DNA of 46,186 bases from Candidatus Persebacter sydneyensis (GTDB taxonomy: Bacteria; Pseudomonadota; Gammaproteobacteria; Tethybacterales; Persebacteraceae), in the NCBI GenBank assembly GCA_033865115.1, contig JAWONR010000175.1, positions 1 through 46,186 of the forward strand, given 5' to 3'. Positions 27,720-35,895 of the stretch are shown here, in pieces (position 1 is the stretch's first letter; every line of letters starts with the position of its first letter). Below the pieces are notes generated by a model. That model was not told where the DNA came from and did not search any database. It was given only the letters and a program-made list of their open reading frames with translations. The position numbers were made by a program, and so were the translations under genes.

Positions 27720-27720
27720 T
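27715..27720 (+). promoter_or_regulatory. Putative -10 element (TATAAT)
   Basis: CGGGTATAAT overlaps the transporter stop codon. It lies 33 nt upstream of ATG 27754, which is preceded by AAAGGATG. Confidence 0.35.
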
Positions 27721-27753
27721 GCGCCACAATAAATATTGTAAAAGGATGACAAA

Positions 27754-28797
27754 ATGAGCACAATGAAGGCGATGACGCTGGTCGGACACGGCGGTCCGGA
27801 AATGTTGGAATATCGTGAAGATTGGCCGCGTCCCGTCGCCGGAGCAGGTGAAGTGTTGGTGCGTGTCGGCGCATGCGGATTAAACAACACCGACATTAAT
27901 ACGAGAGTCGGCTGGTATGCGGCGGATTCTTCCAACAACGGTTCCTGGGGCGGCGCGGCAATTCAATTTCCGCGCATACAAGGCGCCGATGTTTGCGGCG
28001 TTGTGGAAGCCGTTGGTGCGGGCGCGGATGATTCTCTAATCGGAAAGCGTGTGTTGATAGATACATGGTTGCGTGACTGGGATAACCCGGACAATATGGA
28101 AAAGATGGGCTATTTTGGCAGTGAATGTGACGGCGGTTTTGCCGAATATACCAAGATTGACTCTCGCCATATTCATCCGATAGAATCACCGATGAGCGAT
28201 GCTGAATTGGCGACTTTTGCCACTTCTTATTCCACTGCGGAAGGCATGTTAAATCGCGCCGATGTCGGTAAAAACGACCGAGTTTTGATTTCCGGCGCGT
28301 CAGGCGGAGTCGGCTCCGCGTTGATTCAATTGGCAAAACGGCGCGGCGCGGCGGTTTTTGCCATGTGCGGAGAGAGCAAACATGAAGCGGCGCGTGAGTT
28401 GGGCGCGGATGCCGTCTTTTCACGCGCACCCGATGATTTGGCGGGAGAATTGTCATCGGCGGGTTGTGATTCGGTGTCAGTTGTCGCCGATGTGGTCGGC
28501 GGTGAATATTGGCCGCATTTGATTAATGTCATCGCGCGCGGCGGGCGATATGTTTGTTCCGGTGCCATTGCCGGCGCGCATGTTAATTTTGATTTGCGAC
28601 CGTTTTATTTGCGCAATTTGACATTCTTCGGTTCCACAGTGTTGCCGCCCGGTGTTTTTGCAGACCTTGTCGGTTATGTGGCGCGAGGCGAGATTCGCCC
28701 GCTGTTGGCAAAAACATATCCGTTGGCGGAGTTGAATGAAGCACAACGGATGTTTATGGCGAAAGAGTATTTTGGCAATATTGTCGTCATTCCCTGA
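27754..28797 (+). CDS. Zinc-type alcohol dehydrogenase / quinone oxidoreductase family (MDR) protein
   Basis: GroES-like N-domain (GEVLVRVGACGLNNTD) and a Rossmann GASGGVGS motif. 347 aa. Confidence 0.85.
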   Translation: MSTMKAMTLVGHGGPEMLEYREDWPRPVAGAGEVLVRVGACGLNNTDINTRVGWYAADSSNNGSWGGAAIQFPRIQGADVCGVVEAVGAGADDSLIGKRVLIDTWLRDWDNPDNMEKMGYFGSECDGGFAEYTKIDSRHIHPIESPMSDAELATFATSYSTAEGMLNRADVGKNDRVLISGASGGVGSALIQLAKRRGAAVFAMCGESKHEAARELGADAVFSRAPDDLAGELSSAGCDSVSVVADVVGGEYWPHLINVIARGGRYVCSGAIAGAHVNFDLRPFYLRNLTFFGSTVLPPGVFADLVGYVARGEIRPLLAKTYPLAELNEAQRMFMAKEYFGNIVVIP

Positions 28798-28833
28798 TTG
28801 TCCGCCGCACCGCGGATTCACCTCCCGCCGGAG

Positions 28834-29877
28834 ATGAATACCGCGCGCCGTCCGCGTCTGACCGAACTCGCCGCGACCGGCGGTTGTGGTTGCAAAATAT
28901 CGCCCGCGCGTTTGCATGACTTGTTGCAGGCGGCGAAAGTTTTTGGCGCGCCGCCGCGAGAACTCATCGCCGGAGCGGAAAATGCCGAAGATGCCGCCGT
29001 GTGGAAAATAAGTAATGACTGTGCGATGGTGGCAACTGCGGATTTTTTTGCGCCGATGGTCGATTCTCCTTATGATTTCGGACGAATTGCCGCCGCCAAT
29101 GCACTGTCCGATGTTTATGCGATGGGCGCGCGTCCTTTGTTTGCCTTGGCATTGGCGGCAATGCCGGGTGTGTTGGATGAGAAAGATATTGCCGACATTT
29201 GGCGCGGCGGCATGGAATGTTGTCGCAGTGCCGATGTCGCTATCGGCGGCGGACATTCCATTGATGCGGCGGAGCCACTGTATGGATTGGCGGTGATTGG
29301 ACGCGTACATCCGGAACGTATGCTGACCAACGGCGGCGCGCATTCCGGTGATGCGTTAATTCTCGGCAAACCGCTGGGCGTGGGATTGATGAGTGCCTCC
29401 CATCGGAAAGATGAATTATCCACGGCGGATTATCAAACCATGGTCGGGGCGATTACTACATTAAACCGCGCCGGTGAATTCATGCCCTCGGTGTCGGGCG
29501 TTCATGCCATGACCGATGTGACCGGTTTCGGTTTGTTGGGACATTTGTTGGAAATGTGTCGGGCGTCTTCATGTCGCGCACAGTTGCAGTTTTCAGCATT
29601 GCCGTTGTTTGCCCGTGCCCGCCGATTGGCGGAAGAGGGTGTTGTTACCGGCGCTTCCACACGTAACTGGAATGACTACGGCGCGGAAGTGGAAGGCGTT
29701 GCCGATGATTGGCGGCGTACTTTGCTGACCGACCCGCAAACCGGCGGCGGATTGTTGGTGGCATGCGCGCCAAAAGCGGCGGATGAAGTGTTGGCGACTT
29801 TTAATCAAAACGGCAACCCACAAGCCGAAATTATCGGCACAATGACCGACGGCGCGGGCGTTGTTGTGACGGATTAA
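28834..29877 (+). CDS. selD: Selenide, water dikinase (Cys-type SelD)
   Basis: N-terminal TELAATGGCGCKISP (the SelD glycine-rich loop with Cys at the Sec/Cys position), an AIR-synthase-like fold, and a C-terminal GGLL motif. The start is set at ATG 28834, giving 347 aa as in E. coli. The track start at TTG 28798 cannot be excluded. Confidence 0.88.
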   Translation: MNTARRPRLTELAATGGCGCKISPARLHDLLQAAKVFGAPPRELIAGAENAEDAAVWKISNDCAMVATADFFAPMVDSPYDFGRIAAANALSDVYAMGARPLFALALAAMPGVLDEKDIADIWRGGMECCRSADVAIGGGHSIDAAEPLYGLAVIGRVHPERMLTNGGAHSGDALILGKPLGVGLMSASHRKDELSTADYQTMVGAITTLNRAGEFMPSVSGVHAMTDVTGFGLLGHLLEMCRASSCRAQLQFSALPLFARARRLAEEGVVTGASTRNWNDYGAEVEGVADDWRRTLLTDPQTGGGLLVACAPKAADEVLATFNQNGNPQAEIIGTMTDGAGVVVTD

Positions 29878-29910
29878 CTCCGTTTCCCAATCAATATCAG
29901 CTCCAAACTC

Positions 29911-29946
29911 GGCGGAATCGCCAATATTCCCGCTTTTGGTTTTGGA
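29911..29946 (+). terminator. Possible intrinsic terminator downstream of selD
   Basis: Imperfect hairpin GCGGAAT-CGCCAAT-ATTCCCGC followed by TTTTGGTTTTGG. Confidence 0.4.
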
Positions 29947-30071
29947 GACATGCCCATCCTGTTTTGCACTCCACCACTTATGGAATTGTGGCAACGGTTG
30001 GTCATGAAATTTATTTGGGATGTGTATCTGACAATTTACCGCGTATTTTCGGGTAAAATTCCAATTTGCGG

Positions 30072-30148
30072 CGGGGTATAGCGCAGTCTGGTAGCGCGCC
30101 TGCTTCGGGAGCAGGAGGTCGTGAGTTCAAATCTCGCTACCCCGACCA
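30072..30148 (+). tRNA. tRNA-Pro (anticodon CGG)
   Basis: Full cloverleaf read by eye: acceptor CGGGGTA/TACCCCG, D stem GCGC/GCGC, anticodon stem CCTGC/GCAGG with loop TTCGGGA, T arm GTGAG-TTCAAAT-CTCGC, encoded CCA. A TAAAAT -10-like hexamer sits at 30054-30059. Confidence 0.95.
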
Positions 30149-30168
30149 ATTCCGACCAATGATTGCCG

Positions 30169-30630
30169 CTATTCGCCGGCGGCGCGCCGATTGTGGCGCT
30201 CAACGGCGCATTCAATATCTTCCATCAAAAAACCGCGAGTGTGTAAAAACCGCCCGGCGCGCGCGCGTGACTTCTCCGCTGTTAAAGGCGAATCTCCGAA
30301 TTTGGCGGCAAGAACGGCGCCGGCGCGCCGACATTCATCCTCATCAATCTCCGACAAGGCATGGTCGATATCCGTCTCTGACACGCCGCGCGCGAGCAGG
30401 TTTTGCCGTAACTTTTCACGCCCGAATTTGTTTTCCGTCTGTGACAAATAGGCGCGGGTAAAACGTTGGTCGGATATTAATCCCGCTTCCGTCAATTCCG
30501 CCACGGCATGTGCCGCCGCTTCCGCCGAGAATCGGCGCTCCAGTTTTTCCTGGATTTCATGGCGACTGTGTTCGCGCCGCGACAATAATGACAACGCGGC
30601 GTTTTTGGCAGTTTGCGGTTTTACCCCCAC
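30169..30630 (-). CDS. recX: Regulatory protein RecX
   Basis: 153 aa of repeated three-helix units (ALSLLSRREHSRHEIQEKL...). GTG start at 30630, overlapping the stop of the upstream gene by 10 nt. Confidence 0.85.
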   Translation of the reverse strand: MGVKPQTAKNAALSLLSRREHSRHEIQEKLERRFSAEAAAHAVAELTEAGLISDQRFTRAYLSQTENKFGREKLRQNLLARGVSETDIDHALSEIDEDECRRAGAVLAAKFGDSPLTAEKSRARAGRFLHTRGFLMEDIECAVERHNRRAAGE

Positions 30631-31433
30631 AGAGTGAAATACAACAGTCGCAACGCCAATATGCCGACAATGCCGCCCAACAACCGGCGTAAAACCAGTT
30701 CGGAATAGTCACCCGTCCGCCGCGCGCCAAAATAGGCAAACATCATGCTAAACGTCGTGATTCCAAAAAGCGCCGGCAAATAAACATAACCAACCGCATA
30801 TTCCGGCAAGTCATCCAGACTCGCGCTGGTCACGATATAACCGGCGGCGGCAAAAAACGCCAGCGGGTTGTTGTAAACCGCCCAAGTGCCAATGCATCTT
30901 TTAATTGACAAGCCACGAGCCGCCAACAACGGGGCGGAAAGCACGCCGCCGCCGATGCCCAACAACGCCGCCATGCCGCCGATGAACATGCCCGCCGCCG
31001 GCAAAGCCTTGTCCGATGACAGGGCATGAGTGATGGGCGTTTCACGGCGGCTTGGATAAAACATTGAATACGCCGTGTATAACAAAAACACCGACAGCAT
31101 AAATCTTAACGTGGTGCCCGGAATATTCGTCGCCGACAATCCCACCGCCAGAGAGCCGACACTCGCCCCCGCCGTAATTAATATCACGATTTTCCAGTCG
31201 GCTTCGCGGCGTACCGCATGCACGACCGCGCCCGGTGCGGAAGTGAAAAATATCGCCGCCAATGATGTCGCAATCGCGGCATGCGTTGCTGTTTCCTCCG
31301 GATAAATCGCCGTTAACGATGTCGCCAACAACGGCGTGATGATGATGCCGCCGCCAACCCCCAATAATCCCGAAAAAAAACCCGCTACTGCGCCGACAAC
31401 GGCAAACAACGCAAATAATTCCAAAGACAACAT
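30621..31433 (-). CDS. Sulfite-exporter TauE/SafE family membrane protein
   Basis: Polytopic protein with the family signature GLLGVGGGIIITPLL and a second LLGIGGGVLSAPLL repeat. The start is set at ATG 31433; the TTG at 31457 would overlap the EVE gene. Confidence 0.85.
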   Translation of the reverse strand: MLSLELFALFAVVGAVAGFFSGLLGVGGGIIITPLLATSLTAIYPEETATHAAIATSLAAIFFTSAPGAVVHAVRREADWKIVILITAGASVGSLAVGLSATNIPGTTLRFMLSVFLLYTAYSMFYPSRRETPITHALSSDKALPAAGMFIGGMAALLGIGGGVLSAPLLAARGLSIKRCIGTWAVYNNPLAFFAAAGYIVTSASLDDLPEYAVGYVYLPALFGITTFSMMFAYFGARRTGDYSELVLRRLLGGIVGILALRLLYFTLWG

Positions 31434-31443
31434 TGCCCGATGC

Positions 31444-31893
31444 CTATTTGCCGACAATACGACGCCATTCAGCGGCGCTGACCGGCATAACAGACAGGCG
31501 ATTGCCGCGCCGCAAAAGCGTCATGCCGGCAAGCGCCGGAATGTTTCGTATTTCAGACAATAACAACGGGCGCGCGAGTTTTTTGACAAACGACACTTGC
31601 ACGCAAAACCATCTCGGTTTGTCGGCGGTTGACTTGGGGTCGTAATACTTACTGTCCGGCATAAACTGAGTCGTATCCGGCGCGGCGGCGGTGCAAATCT
31701 TCGCCACTCCATAAACACCGGGAGCCGGACAACTGGAATGATAAAACAACACGCCGTCTCCCTTTTTCATGTCGTTCATCATGAAATTGCGCGCTTGATA
31801 ATTGCGTACGCCCGTCCACCATTCTCGGCGGTCGCGCGCCAAGTCATCAATGGCATAGTCGCCGGGCTCTGATTTTAGAAGCCAGTGGCGCAT
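31444..31893 (-). CDS. EVE (PUA-like) domain protein
   Basis: MRHWLLKSEPGDYAIDDL...WTGVRNYQARNFMMNDMKKGDGVLFYHS is the characteristic EVE-domain N-terminus. 149 aa. Confidence 0.85.
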   Translation of the reverse strand: MRHWLLKSEPGDYAIDDLARDRREWWTGVRNYQARNFMMNDMKKGDGVLFYHSSCPAPGVYGVAKICTAAAPDTTQFMPDSKYYDPKSTADKPRWFCVQVSFVKKLARPLLLSEIRNIPALAGMTLLRRGNRLSVMPVSAAEWRRIVGK

Positions 31894-31898
31894 GAAAA

Positions 31899-32068
31899 GA
31901 ATCCCCGCAAGAACGGCCGAATGGTCGTTGAACCTAGGGTCAACGGTGGTCGCTTCCGCATACCGTAGGCGCTTCCAACGTGGGACGCGCTCAATAGCAT
32001 GACGAGATGGGCAACCGATTTTATTGTCATTGGTTCACGCCATTGGAAGCACGTTTTTGCGGGGAATC
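31899..32068 (-). ncRNA. ssrS: 6S RNA (SsrS)
   Basis: Directly downstream of zapA, as in E. coli. Closing stem: 32068-32052 pairs with 31915-31899 (15 of 17 bp), continued by 32046-32032 with 31934-31917 (15 bp, three 1-nt bulges). Central bubble: 15 nt (32031-32017) opposite 13 nt (31947-31935). The terminal arm is closed by GGUUGC/GCGACC. The 3'-bubble hairpin GUUGACC..GGUUCAAC resembles the E. coli CUUGAACC..GGUUCAAG element. The ends are uncertain by a few nt. Confidence 0.75.
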
Positions 32069-32332
32069 GTCGGTGCGGGCGAGTGTCTCGTCTATGCGAC
32101 TCATCATCTCGCCAAAATCCAGAGTGTCTGCCGCGCCCTCCCGCGCCTCAAAGGCAATCTGCAGGGCGGCCATCAGCGCAAGGCGCTCACCATCGGCAAC
32201 TCCGGTTTTTTCGCGTAGCTGTTTAATCTTTCCTTCAACCATACGGGCGGAGGCGCGCATTGCCGCCTCATCGGCTTCATCGCACTTGATGCCAAAACGA
32301 TGCCGGCGAATGTTAATTTGTAAAGTTACCAT
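32027..32332 (-). CDS. zapA: Cell division protein ZapA
   Basis: 101 aa. An N-terminal beta region (VTLQINIRRHRFGIKC) and then a helical region (ERLALMAALQIAFE) align with ZapA. It sits between a ZapB-like coiled-coil gene and the 6S RNA. Confidence 0.85.
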   Translation of the reverse strand: MVTLQINIRRHRFGIKCDEADEAAMRASARMVEGKIKQLREKTGVADGERLALMAALQIAFEAREGAADTLDFGEMMSRIDETLARTDDSPQKRASNGVNQ

Positions 32333-32544
32333 CAGTTCACCCGTCCGCCGTCATTGTCAGTGTCAGTGTCGGAGGATTCGGGGAGACGGGCGATAACATT
32401 CCGAATCTTCTGTTTCGCGCGCTCGCGATTATCGCGAAGACGGCGGTTTTCATCACGTAAACGGCGAACTTCGCGCGCCAGTGAATCACAACGGGCGCAT
32501 AACATGTCCACCTTCGTTTCCAGCTTGTTCATGTCGTTTTTCAT
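32332..32544 (-). CDS. Short coiled-coil protein (ZapB-like / TIGR02449-type) upstream of zapA
   Basis: 70 aa and heptad-rich (LETKVDMLCARCDSLAREVRRLRDENRRLRDNRERAKQKI). Its stop shares a base with the zapA ATG (TGATG). Confidence 0.65.
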   Translation of the reverse strand: MKNDMNKLETKVDMLCARCDSLAREVRRLRDENRRLRDNRERAKQKIRNVIARLPESSDTDTDNDGGRVN

Positions 32545-32551
32545 AATGTCT

Positions 32552-32557
32552 ATATTA
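32552..32557 (-). promoter_or_regulatory. Putative extended -10 element (TGATAATAT) 7 nt upstream of the ATG at 32544
   Basis: The minus strand reads TTTGATAATAT-AGACATT-ATG, with no Shine-Dalgarno. Confidence 0.35.
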
Positions 32558-32587
32558 TCAAAATTATCCGAAAAAACCGCCTATTAA

Positions 32588-33148
32588 CTAAGATTTCCAC
32601 TTAATACTGCAGCCAATACTGGGTAATTGCGGGCTTGCAGGCACTGATTCGCCCGCAATCAGCAAATCCATCGCCCCCCGGATGTCGGCGCCGGTGACCG
32701 GCTTTGAATTGCCGGGACGTGAATCATCAAACCGCCCGCGATAAGCACATTTGAGCTCGCCGTCAAATAAAAAGAAATCCGGCGTGCATTCCGCGCCATA
32801 AGCCCGGGCGACTTTCTGTGTTTCATCATAAAGATAGGGAAAAGTGTATCCCTCGCGCTTCGCCGTCGCTTTCATCTTGTCCGGCGAATCATCCGGATAG
32901 TTTGCAACATCGTTCGCGCTAATCGCCGCGATGCCCATGCCACTGTCGTGATAATCTTTTCCCAAAGCACTCAATGCTTTTTGGATGTGTACGACAAAAG
33001 GGCAGTGATTGCAGATAAACATGATGAGTACGCCTTTTTCTCCGCGCAAGTCCGAAAGACGCATCTCCTGTTCGCTGACAGTGTCCGTCAAAGTGAACTC
33101 GGGCGCGCCTGTTCCCAGCTCCATCATCGCTGATTGTATCATCGCCAT
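32588..33148 (-). CDS. Thioredoxin-fold thiol-disulfide oxidoreductase (AhpC/TSA-redoxin-like)
   Basis: 186 aa with a CNHCP (CxxC) active-site motif in a thioredoxin-like context. No signal peptide. Confidence 0.8.
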   Translation of the reverse strand: MAMIQSAMMELGTGAPEFTLTDTVSEQEMRLSDLRGEKGVLIMFICNHCPFVVHIQKALSALGKDYHDSGMGIAAISANDVANYPDDSPDKMKATAKREGYTFPYLYDETQKVARAYGAECTPDFFLFDGELKCAYRGRFDDSRPGNSKPVTGADIRGAMDLLIAGESVPASPQLPSIGCSIKWKS

Positions 33149-33156
33149 GAGAATGA

Positions 33157-35889
33157 TTATACCACCGCGCCGGAAGGGTTTTCGGCGCGAGGGTCGGTTT
33201 GCTTTTCTATAAAATCATCACGGGTCAAGCCCAGCCACAGGGAGATGGGACCGCTGATTAATACTGAGGAATAAATACTGGAAAAAATGCCGATAGTCAG
33301 CGCCAGCGCAAATAAAAACAATACATCACCGCCAAAAAACAACATCGCCAACACCGCCAACTGCGTTGAACCATGCGTGATAATCGTCCGCGCCCAGGTT
33401 TGAGTGATGGAAATGTCCAGCATGTCCGCGGCGTCCGCCGATTTGCGTTGTGAACGGAAGTTTTCACGGACTCGGTCGAAAATAACCACCGATTCGTTAA
33501 CCGAATAACCCAGAATCGCCAATGTCGCCGCCAGTACCGGCAAATTAAACTCCCACTGAAACAGTGAAAATATGCCCAGAATAAAAACAACATCATGAAG
33601 GTTGGCAATAATCGCCCCCGCCGCCATTCGCCACTTAAATCGCATGGATAAATACAACATAATGCCGGCTACCACAAACAACAACGCCAGCGCTCCGGCA
33701 AGAAACAACTCATCACTGACCTGCGGTCCCACATACTCCAATCGCCGTAATTCAGCACTGGGGTCAAGCTCCCGCAACGAGCTCATCACCCGGTCGGACA
33801 ACAACGCGCCTGATTCGCCGGGCGGCGCTTTGATGATTAAAAGTCCGTCTCCGCTTTGTTGAATCGGCGCGTCGGTGAGTCCAATGTCAGACATGGAACT
33901 GCGAACATCGGCGATGGCGGGAGGGCGCTCAAACGAAGTTTCAATCACCGTGCCGCCGGTAAAATCAATGCCGAAGTTCAATCCGCGCACTCCCAACGAC
34001 ACCAAACACAACACCAAAAAGATTGATGACACCAGTCCGGTGATTTTGCGATATTTCATCAAGGGCAGGGTTTTCGATATATTAAGCGCGCGCAAACCCA
34101 GTAAAAGTTTTTGTGCCTTCCGGCGTTCAAAACTCAAATTAACCAACGCGCGCGAGCCTTGCACCGCTGAAAACATGGAAGTTAAAATGCCAAAACACAA
34201 CACCACCGCAAACCCGCGCACCGGTCCCGAACCAAAGGCGAACAATGCCACGCCGGCGATTAATGTTGTTAAGTTGGAATCCAGAATTGTCGTCAGCGCG
34301 CGTGAATAACCGGTTTGAATCGCGCCCAGCGGCGTTTTGCCGGCGTCCACCTCCTCTCGAATGCGCTCGTTAATCAGCACGTTGGCATCAATCGCCATGC
34401 CCAGTGTCAGCGCGAAACCGGCAAGTCCGGGCAGTGTTAATGTGGCATCGGCAACCGCCAATAACGCCGTGAGCATTAACAAGTTCGCCATCAACGCGCC
34501 CACTGAAATTACCCCGAAAGCGGCGTAATAAATGGCGATAAATATCGCAATGGCGATAAATCCGCCGATGACTGAATTAACGCCACGCCGAATATTGTCC
34601 GCGCCCAGTGAAGGACCAACGGTGCGCTCCTCCACAATTTCAAGCGGCGCCGCCAGAGAACCGGAACGCAATAACAATGACAACTCAGCAGCTTCGGCGG
34701 CGTTCATCCGACCGTGAATTAAGAAATTAACATATAACTCTTCATTAATCACCGGCGCGCTGATGATTTCCGCGCTGTCTTTGTCGCGCAACAATATCGC
34801 CAACTGTTGTCCCACACGCGGACGAGTGTGTCGCTTCATCTTTTCCCCGCCCGCCAAGTCCAAGGCGATATGCACCGCCGGACGATTGTTCTGGTCGTAG
34901 CTGGGACGCGCATCAGTGATGTTTTCGCCGGTAATTACCGGCTTTTTATCCACAATCAACGGCGGACCATCGCGCTGTTCAAACAATTCACGCCCCGGAG
35001 GAGGGCGACCTCGCTTGGCGCGGCGAATAACCGTCCGAGACGCCGATTTGGCACTATCCACGCCGCGTAACTCCAATGCCGCCGTCCGTCCCAACACTTT
35101 CTTGGCTTGAGCGGTGTCCTGAACGCCGGGCAGTTGTGCGGCAATTCTGTCGCTCCCCTGCCGAGTGATGACCGGCTCCGCCACGCCCAATTCATTAATA
35201 CGATTACGCAGAGTTTGTAAGTTCTGCTGCATCGTTAAGTCAATAATTTCATCGCGCGCGGCGTCAGTTATCGTAAAAAGCATTTTGGTGTCGGCGCCTG
35301 TTGACGACACCATGTCAGGAAATTGTTCGGTGATTTTGTCGAATGCCGACTCCGCCGCCGTTATGTCAGCGACTTCCACCACCACCTCGCCTTCCGCGAC
35401 TTCCGCACGGGTGCCGGGAATTAGTCTTTCAATATCACCGGCAACACCTTGTAAACGTTTGTCAACGGCGAAATCCACATCCACTTGTAATAGAAAATAG
35501 ACGCCGCCGCGCAAGTCCAATCCCAACGCCAGCGGCGTGGCGCCCAGAGAGCCCAACCATCCCGGCGCATTAGTGGTGTTGTTGTAAGCAACGACATATT
35601 GTCCGCCCAACGCCTCCGCCAACACTGAGCGGGCGGCAATTTGTGTCTCCGAATCATCAAAAACCGCTTGAATAACGCCGTCTTGCAAAGAAACTGCCTG
35701 CGCCTCAAAACCGGCGTCTTTTAACGCATCACGGGTGGTGCGAAGTGTTTGGGCGGTAATTGGCGCGCTGCCGGTCGCGCGTACTTGAATTACCGGCGAT
35801 TTGGAATAAGCGGATGGCAATGCATAAACCGCGGCAACAATCAAAACCGCGGCAACGCACGCATGTTTCCAGGCGGGATAACGCGTCAT
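33157..35889 (-). CDS. secDF: Protein translocase subunit SecDF (single fused polypeptide)
   Basis: 910 aa. The N-terminal ~600 aa are SecD-like: a TM helix, a large periplasmic domain, then six TM segments with the GPSLG motif. The last ~300 aa are SecF-like (MKYRKITG...GLNFGIDFTGGT...). The frame reads through the junction (about 34057-34130) with no stop. It directly follows yajC. Confidence 0.9.
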   Translation of the reverse strand: MTRYPAWKHACVAAVLIVAAVYALPSAYSKSPVIQVRATGSAPITAQTLRTTRDALKDAGFEAQAVSLQDGVIQAVFDDSETQIAARSVLAEALGGQYVVAYNNTTNAPGWLGSLGATPLALGLDLRGGVYFLLQVDVDFAVDKRLQGVAGDIERLIPGTRAEVAEGEVVVEVADITAAESAFDKITEQFPDMVSSTGADTKMLFTITDAARDEIIDLTMQQNLQTLRNRINELGVAEPVITRQGSDRIAAQLPGVQDTAQAKKVLGRTAALELRGVDSAKSASRTVIRRAKRGRPPPGRELFEQRDGPPLIVDKKPVITGENITDARPSYDQNNRPAVHIALDLAGGEKMKRHTRPRVGQQLAILLRDKDSAEIISAPVINEELYVNFLIHGRMNAAEAAELSLLLRSGSLAAPLEIVEERTVGPSLGADNIRRGVNSVIGGFIAIAIFIAIYYAAFGVISVGALMANLLMLTALLAVADATLTLPGLAGFALTLGMAIDANVLINERIREEVDAGKTPLGAIQTGYSRALTTILDSNLTTLIAGVALFAFGSGPVRGFAVVLCFGILTSMFSAVQGSRALVNLSFERRKAQKLLLGLRALNISKTLPLMKYRKITGLVSSIFLVLCLVSLGVRGLNFGIDFTGGTVIETSFERPPAIADVRSSMSDIGLTDAPIQQSGDGLLIIKAPPGESGALLSDRVMSSLRELDPSAELRRLEYVGPQVSDELFLAGALALLFVVAGIMLYLSMRFKWRMAAGAIIANLHDVVFILGIFSLFQWEFNLPVLAATLAILGYSVNESVVIFDRVRENFRSQRKSADAADMLDISITQTWARTIITHGSTQLAVLAMLFFGGDVLFLFALALTIGIFSSIYSSVLISGPISLWLGLTRDDFIEKQTDPRAENPSGAVV

Positions 35890-35895
35890 CGGCGG

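Noticed and set aside
28795-28833. The in-frame TGA between the MDR gene and selD as a selenocysteine codon.
   Set aside because: Only a 5-bp hairpin follows, 4 nt downstream, and it is not a SECIS-like stem-loop. The 12 intervening codons (LSAAPRIHLPPE) resemble no linker I know. A shared frame is expected by chance one time in three. It is kept only as a low-interest note under findings.
30072-31500. tRNA-Pro as a possible integration site for a genomic island.
   Set aside because: No integrase, no direct repeat of the tRNA 3' end and no compositional break that I can see. The flanking genes (selD, recX, TauE, EVE) are ordinary chromosomal genes.
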